From an uncultured Gammaproteobacteria bacterium (GTDB lineage: Bacteria; Patescibacteriota; Patescibacteriia; UBA9934): a stretch of 64,000 bases of DNA. A model generated the notes under the pieces. It was not told the DNA's origin and did no database searches. It saw only the letters and a list, made by a program, of their open reading frames with translations. Shown here piece by piece: positions 52,541 through 62,588 of the stretch (position 1 is the first letter of the stretch; each line of letters opens with the position of its first letter). The position numbers and the translations under genes were made by a program. The stretch is from positions 199,687-263,686 of the forward strand of contig CAZREA010000001.1 in assembly GCA_964599455.1 (NCBI GenBank), given 5' to 3'.

Positions 52541-54040
52541 ATGGAAGGCCGAATTCCTCCGCACAACCTGCAGGCCGAACAGTCCTTTTTAGGAGGATTA
52601 CTGATCGATCCCGAAGCCATGCTAAAAATTGGCGATATTATTCGGGCTGAGGATTTTTATAAGGATTCTCATCGTATTTTGTTTGAAACGATGGTTGATT
52701 TGTACGAACATCATCAACCCATCGATCTTCTTACCGTTGGCAACCGTCTCGAAGAAAAAAATGTTCTCAAACAAATTGGCGGACGCACCATGCTGGTTGA
52801 GCTTACCAACGCCGTGACAACCGCTGCCAACATTGCCCACTACGCCGAAATTATCACTAAAAAAGCGGCGTTGCGCCGTCTTATCCAAGCAGCCAGCGAC
52901 ATTTCTCAACTCGGTTTTGATGAAGCACAAGATGTTGATAGCGTGCTCGATCAAGCCGAGCAACGACTTTTTAATGTTTCGGGAAATTTCCTTAAACAAA
53001 ACTTTGTTCCATTAAGTTCAATCCTAACCGAAGCCTTTGATCGCATCGATGAGCTTCATAAAGATAAAGGCAAATTACGTGGTTTGCCGACGAGTTTTAC
53101 CGGGCTCGACAATTTACTCGCAGGCCTGCAGCCTTCTGACCTTGTTATTCTCGCTGCCCGTCCTTCTGTTGGTAAAACTTCTTTCGCCCTCGACATCACC
53201 CGAAACATTGCGTTAAAAACAAAGAAGCCAGTTGGTTTTTTTAGCTTGGAAATGTCCAAAGAACAATTGGTCGATCGTTTGATTTGTGCTGAAGCGGGAG
53301 TTGATTTGTGGAAATTGCGTACCGGACGATTGTCAGAACATGAAGATGATTTCCCTCGCATCGGCGAAGCACTGGGAAAACTTTCGGAAGCACCCATCTT
53401 TATTGATGATTCTTCGAATGCTTCGGTCATGACCATTCGCACCAAAGCCCGACGCTTGCAAAGCGAGCACGGACTGTCAATGATTGTAGTCGACTACTTG
53501 CAGCTGATGGAAGGACGAGGAAAACAATCGGATAATCGCGTGCAAGAAGTTGCAGAAATTAGTCGTGGCTTGAAACAGATCGCTAAAGAACTTCATGTTC
53601 CCGTCCTTGCGCTTGCACAGCTTGCACGTGCAGTCGAATTGAATAAACCTGCCATTCCTCGTTTGTCGCACTTGCGTGATTCAGGATCTATCGAGCAAGA
53701 CGCTGACGTGGTGATGTTCTTGTACCGTAAAGCAGCCGATCGTAATTACCAACTTGAGGAACTTACTCCGGAAGAAAAAGCTACGGCAGAAGTCCATATC
53801 GCCAAACATCGTAATGGCCCTACGGGAATGGTGAAACTCTTTTGGGATGCTGCGCGTGCCAGCTTCAAAAATCTTGATACGCGATACAATAATCAAATGC
53901 CCGCGAATGCATTGCCGCAACATTCACCTGCGCCGGGATTGCCTGCGCCTTCCTCCGGATCCACCTCTTCAACAAACGCCAACCTCCCTCCCGGCATTCC
54001 TCCAAAAGGATTTGTGCCAAAAAATGTTACACATGGATAA
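52541..54040 (+). CDS. dnaB: Replicative DNA helicase
   Basis: AARPSVGKT, DYLQL, LRDSGSIEQDAD, KHRNGPTG; Pro-rich tail. Confidence 0.97.
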   Translation: MEGRIPPHNLQAEQSFLGGLLIDPEAMLKIGDIIRAEDFYKDSHRILFETMVDLYEHHQPIDLLTVGNRLEEKNVLKQIGGRTMLVELTNAVTTAANIAHYAEIITKKAALRRLIQAASDISQLGFDEAQDVDSVLDQAEQRLFNVSGNFLKQNFVPLSSILTEAFDRIDELHKDKGKLRGLPTSFTGLDNLLAGLQPSDLVILAARPSVGKTSFALDITRNIALKTKKPVGFFSLEMSKEQLVDRLICAEAGVDLWKLRTGRLSEHEDDFPRIGEALGKLSEAPIFIDDSSNASVMTIRTKARRLQSEHGLSMIVVDYLQLMEGRGKQSDNRVQEVAEISRGLKQIAKELHVPVLALAQLARAVELNKPAIPRLSHLRDSGSIEQDADVVMFLYRKAADRNYQLEELTPEEKATAEVHIAKHRNGPTGMVKLFWDAARASFKNLDTRYNNQMPANALPQHSPAPGLPAPSSGSTSSTNANLPPGIPPKGFVPKNVTHG

Positions 54041-54100
54041 ATTATCTTTTCCCCTTAATCCCTTTACTCCCTTCTCTCCCCTTTCTATACTTCTCCCACT

Positions 54101-54394
54101 ATGTTCAACAAACTCAAACAATTCAAAGACATGCGTGACCAAGCCAAGCAAATGAAAGACATGCTCGATGCTGTTGTGGTCGTAGGTTCTGGTGCGGGTG
54201 GCAGTGTCATGATTACGTTGAATGGAAGTCATGAAGTGCTCGGTGTGAAAATCGCTGATGGCATGGATAAGAATAAAGTTGAAGTGGGAGTGAAGGATGC
54301 TTTTGCTGATGCCAACAAAAAATTACAAACCGAGCTCATGAAAAACATGCAGGCCATGGGAGGATTGGATGCGTTTAAGGGAATGTTGGGATAG
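54101..54394 (+). CDS. YbaB/EbfC nucleoid-associated protein
   Basis: Typical size and motifs; upstream of recR. Confidence 0.85.
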   Translation: MFNKLKQFKDMRDQAKQMKDMLDAVVVVGSGAGGSVMITLNGSHEVLGVKIADGMDKNKVEVGVKDAFADANKKLQTELMKNMQAMGGLDAFKGMLG

Positions 54395-54396
54395 AT

Positions 54397-54996
54397 GTGC
54401 GCAAATTCCCTGCTCCTATCCGCAATGCCGCTGCAGCGTTAGGGAAACTTCCTGGCGTAGGGCCAAAAACGGCATTGCGTTATGCCTTTGCGTTATTACG
54501 ATTACCCAAGCATGAACTTGAATCGGTTGCCAAAAGCATTGATGCCCTCAAATCCGTTCAAACATGCAGCATCTGTTTTTCGTATAGCGAAGGGGTGATC
54601 TGTGAAATCTGTAGTGATCGCGAGCGGACAAGTGGCCAACTGTGCGTTGTCGGTGAATCGCGCGATATTGGTACCATGGAAGCGACCGCGGCGTATAAAG
54701 GGAAATATTTTGTCCTTGGTGGCACCATCAGCCCAGTTGACGGTCGGACACCCGAAGCACTCAACGTTCGACAACTCAAAGAACGTATCGAAACCGATAC
54801 AAACATCCACGAAGTAATTCTCGCTTTTTCTCCAGACGTCTACGGAGAAACCACCATCATGTATCTGGCTCGCCTCTTGCGATCATATCAAAAAAAGATT
54901 ACTCGTCTTGCTCGTGGTCTTCCCATGGGCGCTGACATCGAATACGCCGATGAGGTAACATTGTTAAGCGCATTACAAGGAAGAAGTGAAGCATAA
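54397..54996 (+). CDS. recR: Recombination mediator RecR
   Basis: LPGVGPKTA, CxxC…CxxC, RLARGLPMG. Confidence 0.95.
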   Translation: MRKFPAPIRNAAAALGKLPGVGPKTALRYAFALLRLPKHELESVAKSIDALKSVQTCSICFSYSEGVICEICSDRERTSGQLCVVGESRDIGTMEATAAYKGKYFVLGGTISPVDGRTPEALNVRQLKERIETDTNIHEVILAFSPDVYGETTIMYLARLLRSYQKKITRLARGLPMGADIEYADEVTLLSALQGRSEA

Positions 54997-55055
54997 GACG
55001 TCATAATTCCCCTCTCTCCCCACGTTTTCCGCTCAATCCCTTCCATCCCCTCTCT

Positions 55056-55211
55056 ATGAAACCTACTTTTTCTTCTACTTCACTTCTTCTTGGTATTCTC
55101 ATCGGAATAATTACCACCTTTGTTCTCCAGGTAGCAAAAGCTGATTTTGATCAAAGTAGGCAACAAGACCAAGACACAAACCAAGATGAGCATCTTCCTG
55201 CATCTGTATAA
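55056..55211 (+). CDS. 51-aa single-TM small protein (absent from the ORF track)
   Basis: MKPTFSSTSLLLGILIGIITTFVLQVAKADFDQSRQQ…; stop 3 nt before the next ATG. Confidence 0.55.
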   Translation: MKPTFSSTSLLLGILIGIITTFVLQVAKADFDQSRQQDQDTNQDEHLPASV

Positions 55212-55214
55212 TCT

Positions 55215-55820
55215 ATGCCATGGTGGCGCGTCACTCATTTGCAAACAAGAAACGGGCTCATGCGGCACATTGCAACACCGTTCGGTGAGCGCCTGTTGGC
55301 ATCCGATGCAACCGAACAATCAGGTCCGTACATGAACGGAGTGTGGAGAACGGTTCTCCGTGCGCTTCCTTCTTCTTTTTCTCCTCAAACCATTCTTGTA
55401 TTAGGGGTCGGACTTGGTGGCAATCTTCCGCTTTTACATAAACGCTTTCCCCAAGCTCAAATCACTGCCGTCGAATGGGATGAGCATTTACTCACAAAGA
55501 CACAAGAGCGCCACAAATTTCTTCGTCCTTGGGTTGAATATCACTGTGGAGATGCGGCGAAGTGGATACATGATTCGTCAGATAGATTCGATCTGGTGAT
55601 CGTTGATCTTTTTACCGGCAAAGATGTTGCGTCCTGTGTACGAGACGATCATTTCATATCTGCTCTCGTGCAAAAGACAAAAGCAATTGTCTGTATTAAT
55701 GTGTACACACATCAGGATGTGTTGGAAAAATATGATAATGCTTTTAGCTCTGTGCATCGACAAGCGAGATACTATCAGACTCTTGTAGGCATGTATGAAC
55801 GACCGCTTGTCGCAAGTTAA
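55215..55820 (+). CDS. Spermidine-synthase-like methyltransferase (paralog of 1484-2086)
   Basis: LVLGVGLGG, AVEWD, GDA, FDLVIVDLF. Confidence 0.78.
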   Translation: MPWWRVTHLQTRNGLMRHIATPFGERLLASDATEQSGPYMNGVWRTVLRALPSSFSPQTILVLGVGLGGNLPLLHKRFPQAQITAVEWDEHLLTKTQERHKFLRPWVEYHCGDAAKWIHDSSDRFDLVIVDLFTGKDVASCVRDDHFISALVQKTKAIVCINVYTHQDVLEKYDNAFSSVHRQARYYQTLVGMYERPLVAS

Positions 55821-56733
55821 CGACGTTTGTCATATTCTCGCCAATCCGCATCATGCTTGGCGATCAGGGTCATGGCACCGTGCGGGACTACCGCCCGATA
55901 CCGCCAATCTTCCGAATGGATATACGGATGTTGTGGTGAATAATCGCCTGTTGTTGTGGAGACGACATTATACGAGGGATGGAGAGGCGCCTGTACTGGA
56001 GGAAAAGGAGATAAGGGGGTCATTTCTCAGCATCGATGAATGGGCACCCGGCATCTGGCCACTCGCATCAGTCAAGCAAGGATGGCAACGCATGGGAAAT
56101 TCTTCTCATCACGGCATTGCCTATCTTCCCACGGACGGGAATTTTCTGGCGCAATGGTCAACGCAAGCAAAACGTCATTTAAAAACATTTCAAAAAGCAG
56201 GGTGCAAACTTCGACTAGGTACATTTGCCGATGTCGAAGGTGACATACTCCACTCACAAGTTCCTCGTGCCATGGGCATGGCACTGGCAAAAATCACAAA
56301 ATATCGCTTGGATATCACACCGGAAAGTGTTGATATCTTAGTCGCAGAAAACGCCGAAGGAAAGCGCATTGGCTGCTTTGTCGCCGGGAATGATGATGCA
56401 CTTCGCGAAAGTATGTACGTACTCGGATATTTTGTCCCTGAGGCCGCCAAACTGCATCCGATGGTCGGGCTCGTGCACTGGTGGTTTATGCGTTCCGTGG
56501 AACGCGGTTATCAAGCCTGTAATTTTGGTTTAATGTGCGGTCCGTACACCAGTCGCTGGGATCCGTGGTGGGGGCTTTCAAATTTCAAAACACATTTTGG
56601 TATTACTCGCGTGCATCTGCCGCCGGGTTTTTGGAAAGTAAGATGGAACGGGTGGAAAAAAGAACAGATTCACACAGATCACAACGCATGCTGCAGATGT
56701 ACGAAATACAAAATCCCCCGTCGCCCTTTCTGA
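55795..56733 (+). CDS. FemABX/GNAT-fold aminoacyl transferase-like protein
   Basis: FLAQW…KRHLK; LVHWWF…GY…NFG; GLSNFKTHFG. Confidence 0.65.
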   Translation: MNDRLSQVNDVCHILANPHHAWRSGSWHRAGLPPDTANLPNGYTDVVVNNRLLLWRRHYTRDGEAPVLEEKEIRGSFLSIDEWAPGIWPLASVKQGWQRMGNSSHHGIAYLPTDGNFLAQWSTQAKRHLKTFQKAGCKLRLGTFADVEGDILHSQVPRAMGMALAKITKYRLDITPESVDILVAENAEGKRIGCFVAGNDDALRESMYVLGYFVPEAAKLHPMVGLVHWWFMRSVERGYQACNFGLMCGPYTSRWDPWWGLSNFKTHFGITRVHLPPGFWKVRWNGWKKEQIHTDHNACCRCTKYKIPRRPF

Positions 56734-56756
56734 TGTCGGGGCTATGGGGGAATTTT

Positions 56757-57071
56757 TTATGCAATGGATTCGATTTGGATAATCGAGAAAGGCTGACGGT
56801 GACCCACGTTACGGCGATAGCGAACTTTGCGCTTGTATTTGATAACGGAGATTTTGTCGCCGCGACCATGTTCAAGAACTTTCGCTGTTACCTTTACGCC
56901 AGGCACAATCGGCGTACCGACACGAACATTTGTTCCTTCGGCATCAGTGACCAACATAGCCTCGAGGGCCAAGGTGTCACCGGCTTCGAGATCGATTTTT
57001 TCGACCTGAAGTTTTTCACCTTCGGCAACAAAGTATTGTTTGCCGCCGGTGGTAATAACCGCATGCATCAT
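56757..57071 (-). CDS. rplU: 50S ribosomal protein L21
   Basis: AVITTGGKQY; GHRQPF. Confidence 0.95.
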   Translation of the reverse strand: MMHAVITTGGKQYFVAEGEKLQVEKIDLEAGDTLALEAMLVTDAEGTNVRVGTPIVPGVKVTAKVLEHGRGDKISVIKYKRKVRYRRNVGHRQPFSIIQIESIA

Positions 57072-57200
57072 AGAAAGACAGGCTGCGCAGGCGCCCCGTG
57101 AAACGGGGACTTTATGAGCCTTGGACAAGCCAATAAGTACTAAACCGCCACTATCCTAGCAAAATATCGTCCGGGCGTCAACCAAGAGGAATATGCAAAG

Positions 57201-57659
57201 TTAGTAAGAAAACTTCAGGATAGAACCCACAAAAAGATCATACTCTTCGGCTTTACCCCCTGGAAGCTCTAATACCGCATCCACAGAAATGGGATTGGAA
57301 GATACTCGTGCAGGCTCGTCAGATCGTGATAAAGGTGGGGGTACATTTTTATCAATGGCGACGATTTTTCCATTCTGAAGCCAAACGATATCAAGCGGGA
57401 ATTGCATACCTTTCATCCAAAAATGTCGAACCTTGGCATCAGAAAAAACAAACAGCATACCATCATAACGAAAATCCCCCTGTGCAATACCAGATAATCC
57501 GCGATGCTGAGCAAGTGTTCGCGAAGCAACCGCAACGGCAATATCTCGCTCCTCATTAACCGTCACTATTCCCGTCGTTGTTTGCGATGACCATAGTGCC
57601 CATCCTGCCAATAAAAAGATTCCCCCGATGATCCCCGCGAAAAGATGTTGTTTTTTCAT
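57201..57659 (-). CDS. DUF192 protein
   Basis: GLSG…GMLFVF…FWMKGMQFPLDIVW…VLELPGG. Confidence 0.9.
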   Translation of the reverse strand: MKKQHLFAGIIGGIFLLAGWALWSSQTTTGIVTVNEERDIAVAVASRTLAQHRGLSGIAQGDFRYDGMLFVFSDAKVRHFWMKGMQFPLDIVWLQNGKIVAIDKNVPPPLSRSDEPARVSSNPISVDAVLELPGGKAEEYDLFVGSILKFSY

Positions 57660-58690
57660 AAATGATGTTGCTTTTTTGCTACCCACAGCATGGCAAAAAG
57701 TGACAATATTGCCAAGATAACCAGTGCAAAGATTTTCTGCCACGAAGAGAACACGAGTGAGGTTACACCAAACAACAAGGCAACGCTTCCGTACAACAGC
57801 ACAATCTGTCGTGACGTCCATCCTACTTGCCGCAATTCATAGTGAAAATGTAATCCATCGCCACCATGAAACGGTGAACGGCCCAGCATCAGTCGTCGGA
57901 TGATGACGAAAGCGGCATCAAGTGCGGGCAAGCCGACAATAAACAATAATGTCGCAAATTTACTCCCTCCAATAACCGCCAGCGTTCCCAACGTAAAACC
58001 AATAAACGTACTCCCTCCTTCTCCCAAAAAGATTTGCGCGGGCGGCGCATTCCATAATAAAAATCCGAGTAAGGCTGCAGCGAAAATCAATGCAAGCAAA
58101 GCAACATCGGGCTGATAAAACTTTTCCGTGAGTGCCAACCCGGCAACCATGCCTGCGCCAATAATGCCGAGTGTGGTAACCAATCCATCGACGCCATCAA
58201 GAAATTTTGTCGTGTAGGTTACGCCCATGAGCCACGCAAAGGTAAAAATTCCCGAAATGAGTGGCCCGATAACCAGTGGTGCACCAAAAGGATTCGTCAC
58301 CTTAGTAACACCCATACCGACCAATACCGCAACAAGTGCGGCAAGCAATGGAGAGATGATCGCCTGAACAGGAGAGAGATTATAGCGATCATCAAGGATA
58401 CCGCCAATAATAAGAATGGTGCATGAAAGTAAAAAACCCAGAAGCATTTCAAGACGAAGCGTTCCAGAAGTAAAGTGATGGGTAAAAAAAAGCACCAGCA
58501 AAACCGTCACTGCGAAACCGATAAATGGTGCAATACCACCCAATAAAGGCGTAGGCTGTGTGTGAAGTTTTTTAATGCCGCCAGGAATATCAATCACCCC
58601 AAACCGAGCAGCAGCGTGTACTATCAAGGGAACGCAAAATATAGAAAGCGCAAATGCTCCACACAACGCAATACCCCACCAAAGCTCCAT
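57656..58690 (-). CDS. MraY/WecA-like glycosyltransferase family 4
   Basis: PTPLLGG, GILDD, FLDGVDGL, IFLGEGG. Confidence 0.9.
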   Translation of the reverse strand: MELWWGIALCGAFALSIFCVPLIVHAAARFGVIDIPGGIKKLHTQPTPLLGGIAPFIGFAVTVLLVLFFTHHFTSGTLRLEMLLGFLLSCTILIIGGILDDRYNLSPVQAIISPLLAALVAVLVGMGVTKVTNPFGAPLVIGPLISGIFTFAWLMGVTYTTKFLDGVDGLVTTLGIIGAGMVAGLALTEKFYQPDVALLALIFAAALLGFLLWNAPPAQIFLGEGGSTFIGFTLGTLAVIGGSKFATLLFIVGLPALDAAFVIIRRLMLGRSPFHGGDGLHFHYELRQVGWTSRQIVLLYGSVALLFGVTSLVFSSWQKIFALVILAILSLFAMLWVAKKQHHL

Positions 58691-58740
58691 ACTATCTCCA
58701 CAGTAGACAAGACCAGTGAATCGCGTCAAACTACTTTCAT

Positions 58741-59088
58741 ATGTGGGCACGCAATATTGATGGAAAAATCATGGTTTCCGAGGAAATGGCCGAAAAAATC
58801 CTCAGCATCCTTACTCCCAAAACAACGGTCCAGGTGAATGATTTCACCATTACGGTTGGAGATGCCATGGATCTGGAAAGACATGGGACCGATGAACGTT
58901 ATTGGTTTTATAGCGACAATGATGGCCATGCGGTCTATCTTGATTTGAGTCGCAGCGAATCCTCTTTTGAAATTGCTCTTTTAAAAAAATCTGTACTCTG
59001 GTTTGGCATCATGAAAGAAGAATCCATTCCTCTGGAACGCCTCACTCTACCCGATCACGACTTTGTGGTCTTTCAAAAAACTCCGTAA
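58741..59088 (+). CDS. Hypothetical protein
   Basis: 115-aa ORF. Confidence 0.6.
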   Translation: MWARNIDGKIMVSEEMAEKILSILTPKTTVQVNDFTITVGDAMDLERHGTDERYWFYSDNDGHAVYLDLSRSESSFEIALLKKSVLWFGIMKEESIPLERLTLPDHDFVVFQKTP

Positions 59089-59114
59089 TCTGTTTCAATG
59101 TTTGCCTTCAAACT

Positions 59115-59549
59115 ATGAACGCAAACAGCAAATCACCCGCTCAACGGCCATCGCCATATAAACTCCAAGTAAAGAAAAGTATCGCTGGACTCGGTCTTTT
59201 TGCCGACGAAGAAATTCCCAGCAAACGCTTTGTGATTGAATATTACGGCCCAATCTTGTCCGATAAGGAAACGTACGAAAAGGGTGGAAAATATCTTTTT
59301 GAAGTCGGTAAAAACAAAACCGTTGATGGCAGTAGTCGAAAAAACATCGCACGCTATATCAATCACTCTTGCAAACCAAATTGCGAGGTTCGCATTGTCG
59401 GCAATCGTATTTATATCTACACCCTTCGTCGCATTCGCGCCAAAGAAGAACTCACGTACGACTACGGGAAAGAGTATTTTGACTATCACATCAAGCCGTA
59501 TGGGTGTAGATGCGAGAAGTGTAAAAGAAAACGTTCAGCTAAAAACTAA
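59115..59549 (+). CDS. SET-domain protein-lysine methyltransferase
   Basis: GLGLFA, IEYYG, ARYINHSCKPN, EELTYDYG, post-SET CRCEKC. Confidence 0.92.
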   Translation: MNANSKSPAQRPSPYKLQVKKSIAGLGLFADEEIPSKRFVIEYYGPILSDKETYEKGGKYLFEVGKNKTVDGSSRKNIARYINHSCKPNCEVRIVGNRIYIYTLRRIRAKEELTYDYGKEYFDYHIKPYGCRCEKCKRKRSAKN

Positions 59550-62167
59550 ATGGCTTCAGCTTTCTTTACCGTCATCTTTCCGCCAGCATCAAGAATGACC
59601 GTATCACGACGCCCAACTTGTCCACGAAGCAAGAAATCAGCAAGTGCATTCTCAACTTTATCTTGCATGACACGACGTAAAGGGCGAGCGCCAAATTTTG
59701 GATCGTACCCTTGCGTAGCCAGCTCGTGAATAGCCGCATCAGTGACTTCGAGTGTAATATTTTTCTCATCAAGACGCTTCGCAATGCTACTGATCATCAG
59801 ATAGGCAATGGCCGTCACATCTTCCGGTGTGAGGGGATGGAAGACAATGATATCGTCGAAGCGATTGAGAAATTCGGGACGATAGGTGCCGCGAAGCTCT
59901 GTTTCCATGAGCGCCTCCTTAATAACCGCTAATGATGATCCTTTAGCGATTGCATCTTGAATGTATTGCGTGCCGGCATTCGAGGTGGCAATAACAATGG
60001 TATTGGTAAAATCGACGGTGCGACCGAGTCCATCGGTCAACCGTCCATCATCCATGACCTGGAGGAAGAGATTGAGAATATCGACATGTGCTTTTTCGAG
60101 CTCATCAAGAAGTACCAAGGCAAAGGGCGAGCGACGAACCGCTTCAGTAAGAAGACCGGCCTCATTATTACCCCCAATAAGACGGGTGATGGGTTCTTTC
60201 GTTTGATATTCACTCATGTCAAAACGAATCATGCGTGATTCGTCGCCAAAAAAGACGGCGGCCGTTGCTTTTGCGAGCTCGGTTTTCCCGACACCGGTAG
60301 GACCAAGGAATAAAAAGTTGGCGATTGGGCGATTTTGTGAACGCATGGCCGTTCGTGCACGACGAATAGCTGATGCGACGGCCTTCACCGCATCTTCCTG
60401 TCCAACCACTCGTTCGCGAATCTTTTCTTCTAAATGTAATAATTTTTCTGTTTCATTATCGGTAACTTGCGATACGGGCACATGCGTTTTTTCTTCAACA
60501 AGCGCATTGATATCTTCTTTTTTTACCCAACACGGGATGCCGCCGCGACGTTTAGCGATAACTGCCGCTTCCTTGAGTAACGTCAGTGCTTTCTCCGGCA
60601 ACGCACTGTCACTGAGAAATTTACGCGATAACGTGACCGCCGTTTCGAGCGCTGCATAGGTATACACCACACCGTGTTCAGCTTCGATATAACTGGTATT
60701 TGCTTCGGTCATGAGAATAGCGGCATCTTGCTCGGGTTCTTGCACATTGACGCGCTCGAGTTTAGGACCAAGCACCGAACGTTCAAGAAGTGACGTGTAG
60801 GCCGAGGGCGTAGTGGTGCAAAGAGCAAACAGATAGCCTTTGGAAAGTTCGTCGGCAATAATGGAGGCAAGATCAATATTTCCGCCGCTTACGCCGATAA
60901 GTTGATGAATTTGATCGAGCACCAGCACGATATTGCCGGCATTCGCTGCTTCATGAAAAGCATACAACAAACGCTCACCCGCTCCACGACCGCCATCAGC
61001 ACTCACGAGTTGCGAAATATCAATTTTGAGCAAACGCTTATCTTGCAACATGACAGGCACCTGTTCTTCGACCATGGCCTGAGCAATACCTTCGATAATC
61101 GTCATCTTGCCAACACCCGGTTCACCAACAAGCACAACACTCTTCCCGCCTCCTTCAAACGCACGGAAAACCGCAGCAGTTTCAGTTTCGCGTGCGACGG
61201 TGAGACCAGTTCGACCATAGAGAGCCTGGCGAGTAATATCGGTACTCACTGAATCAAGAAAGGGCGTTGCCTGCGCGGTCATGCCGCGATCCATGTTACT
61301 GGTAGGCTTAAAAGCTGCTGCCGAACGAAAGGCCCGATACCGGGCAACCAGTTCTTCCTGCATAGCAATCCAAGAAACGGCATGACCAAAAGCCTCGGGA
61401 TTGATTCCTTTTTCAATTAACAGATCTTGGAGAAAAGGATCAAAACCGTATGCAGCCGTGCACAAATCAAGTGCACCGATTGTTTTTCGTCTTCGCCGAA
61501 CCGCTTCACTTGCAGCTTTCGCGAGAGTCTTTTCTGCTTCATCAAGAATAAGACTCTGTCCCGTAGGTAAAGATTGCAGCTTTTTACGTAACGAATCTTT
61601 CATGTCCACAAATGACAATCCTAAGCGTGCAAACAGTGTTTGTACGCGCGATGAAGCAAAAGAAGAGGCAAAAATATGTAAAGGCAAAACGGTACCATGA
61701 TGAAATTTTTGCGCCAACATGTACGCATCCTCAAGAAGCATAATCGCATCATCAGTGCAAACATCAATTAAGACTTGGGCAACGTGAGGATCGGGAACGA
61801 AACCTTCATGCACTTCTTTACTCATCGGCAGCTGCTTGACGATTCGTTGTGCAACCACATGTCGATACCAGGCATAACACACAATAAAACCACTCAAACA
61901 AAACAACATCATGACCGGCTGCGGAGTGAAAAAGTATTTTAAGGAAAAGACTTTTTCAACCTTGTTGGTTAAAAAAAGCGCTGCAACCGAACCCGTCAGA
62001 CCAAAAAGTCCCAATCCAAATGAAAAAACTGCAAGGATATGGTCGGCTTTTTTATCGGCACGACGCTTACTCATTGATTGTTCGGTGATATCTAAATACC
62101 CGCTCCAAACATCGGAGCCCATGCGTACGCCTGGCACTGGTTGAGATTGTTGCTCGTTTGGATTCAT
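59546..62167 (-). CDS. ClpA/B/C-family AAA+ ATPase with N-terminal TM helices
   Basis: GEPGVGK, GPTGVGKTELAK, FDMSEY, GARPLRR; two TMs before a Clp-N-like region. Confidence 0.9.
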   Translation of the reverse strand: MNPNEQQSQPVPGVRMGSDVWSGYLDITEQSMSKRRADKKADHILAVFSFGLGLFGLTGSVAALFLTNKVEKVFSLKYFFTPQPVMMLFCLSGFIVCYAWYRHVVAQRIVKQLPMSKEVHEGFVPDPHVAQVLIDVCTDDAIMLLEDAYMLAQKFHHGTVLPLHIFASSFASSRVQTLFARLGLSFVDMKDSLRKKLQSLPTGQSLILDEAEKTLAKAASEAVRRRRKTIGALDLCTAAYGFDPFLQDLLIEKGINPEAFGHAVSWIAMQEELVARYRAFRSAAAFKPTSNMDRGMTAQATPFLDSVSTDITRQALYGRTGLTVARETETAAVFRAFEGGGKSVVLVGEPGVGKMTIIEGIAQAMVEEQVPVMLQDKRLLKIDISQLVSADGGRGAGERLLYAFHEAANAGNIVLVLDQIHQLIGVSGGNIDLASIIADELSKGYLFALCTTTPSAYTSLLERSVLGPKLERVNVQEPEQDAAILMTEANTSYIEAEHGVVYTYAALETAVTLSRKFLSDSALPEKALTLLKEAAVIAKRRGGIPCWVKKEDINALVEEKTHVPVSQVTDNETEKLLHLEEKIRERVVGQEDAVKAVASAIRRARTAMRSQNRPIANFLFLGPTGVGKTELAKATAAVFFGDESRMIRFDMSEYQTKEPITRLIGGNNEAGLLTEAVRRSPFALVLLDELEKAHVDILNLFLQVMDDGRLTDGLGRTVDFTNTIVIATSNAGTQYIQDAIAKGSSLAVIKEALMETELRGTYRPEFLNRFDDIIVFHPLTPEDVTAIAYLMISSIAKRLDEKNITLEVTDAAIHELATQGYDPKFGARPLRRVMQDKVENALADFLLRGQVGRRDTVILDAGGKMTVKKAEAI

Positions 62168-62532
62168 ATACCAAAAACACCCAGATGAAGAAGGAGATAG
62201 AACAACAAAAACGGCAATGCAATGATGTACATCACGAACGCTCCTACTAAACACAACGCCCACATCACCAAAAAGAATCCTCGGGCAATAATCTGCAACA
62301 CGCGCATGGCAAAACTAATAAGACGGCTGGCAATATCGTACTGTCCATACATCGGCACAAACAGATTTTTGATCCACACCCCAATAGCCAACGAGTGCAC
62401 ACGATACGTAAACGATCGCCACAACATCCCTGCAACATGCGCAACGCCAAACCGATACCACCACACCGGAAAGGCGATGATATCTCTGACGAGTTTCTGC
62501 GATGTGCTACTGACCACTTCCCCCATGGACAT
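62164..62532 (-). CDS. Membrane protein coupled to the Clp ATPase gene
   Basis: FPVWWY…KNLFVPMYGQ; overlaps the Clp start. Confidence 0.75.
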   Translation of the reverse strand: MSMGEVVSSTSQKLVRDIIAFPVWWYRFGVAHVAGMLWRSFTYRVHSLAIGVWIKNLFVPMYGQYDIASRLISFAMRVLQIIARGFFLVMWALCLVGAFVMYIIALPFLLFYLLLHLGVFGI

Positions 62533-62588
62533 ATACAGGAAGTATAGCAGAAATAGTCACCTCGACTCCGTTCTGGGTGGCTGTTCTT

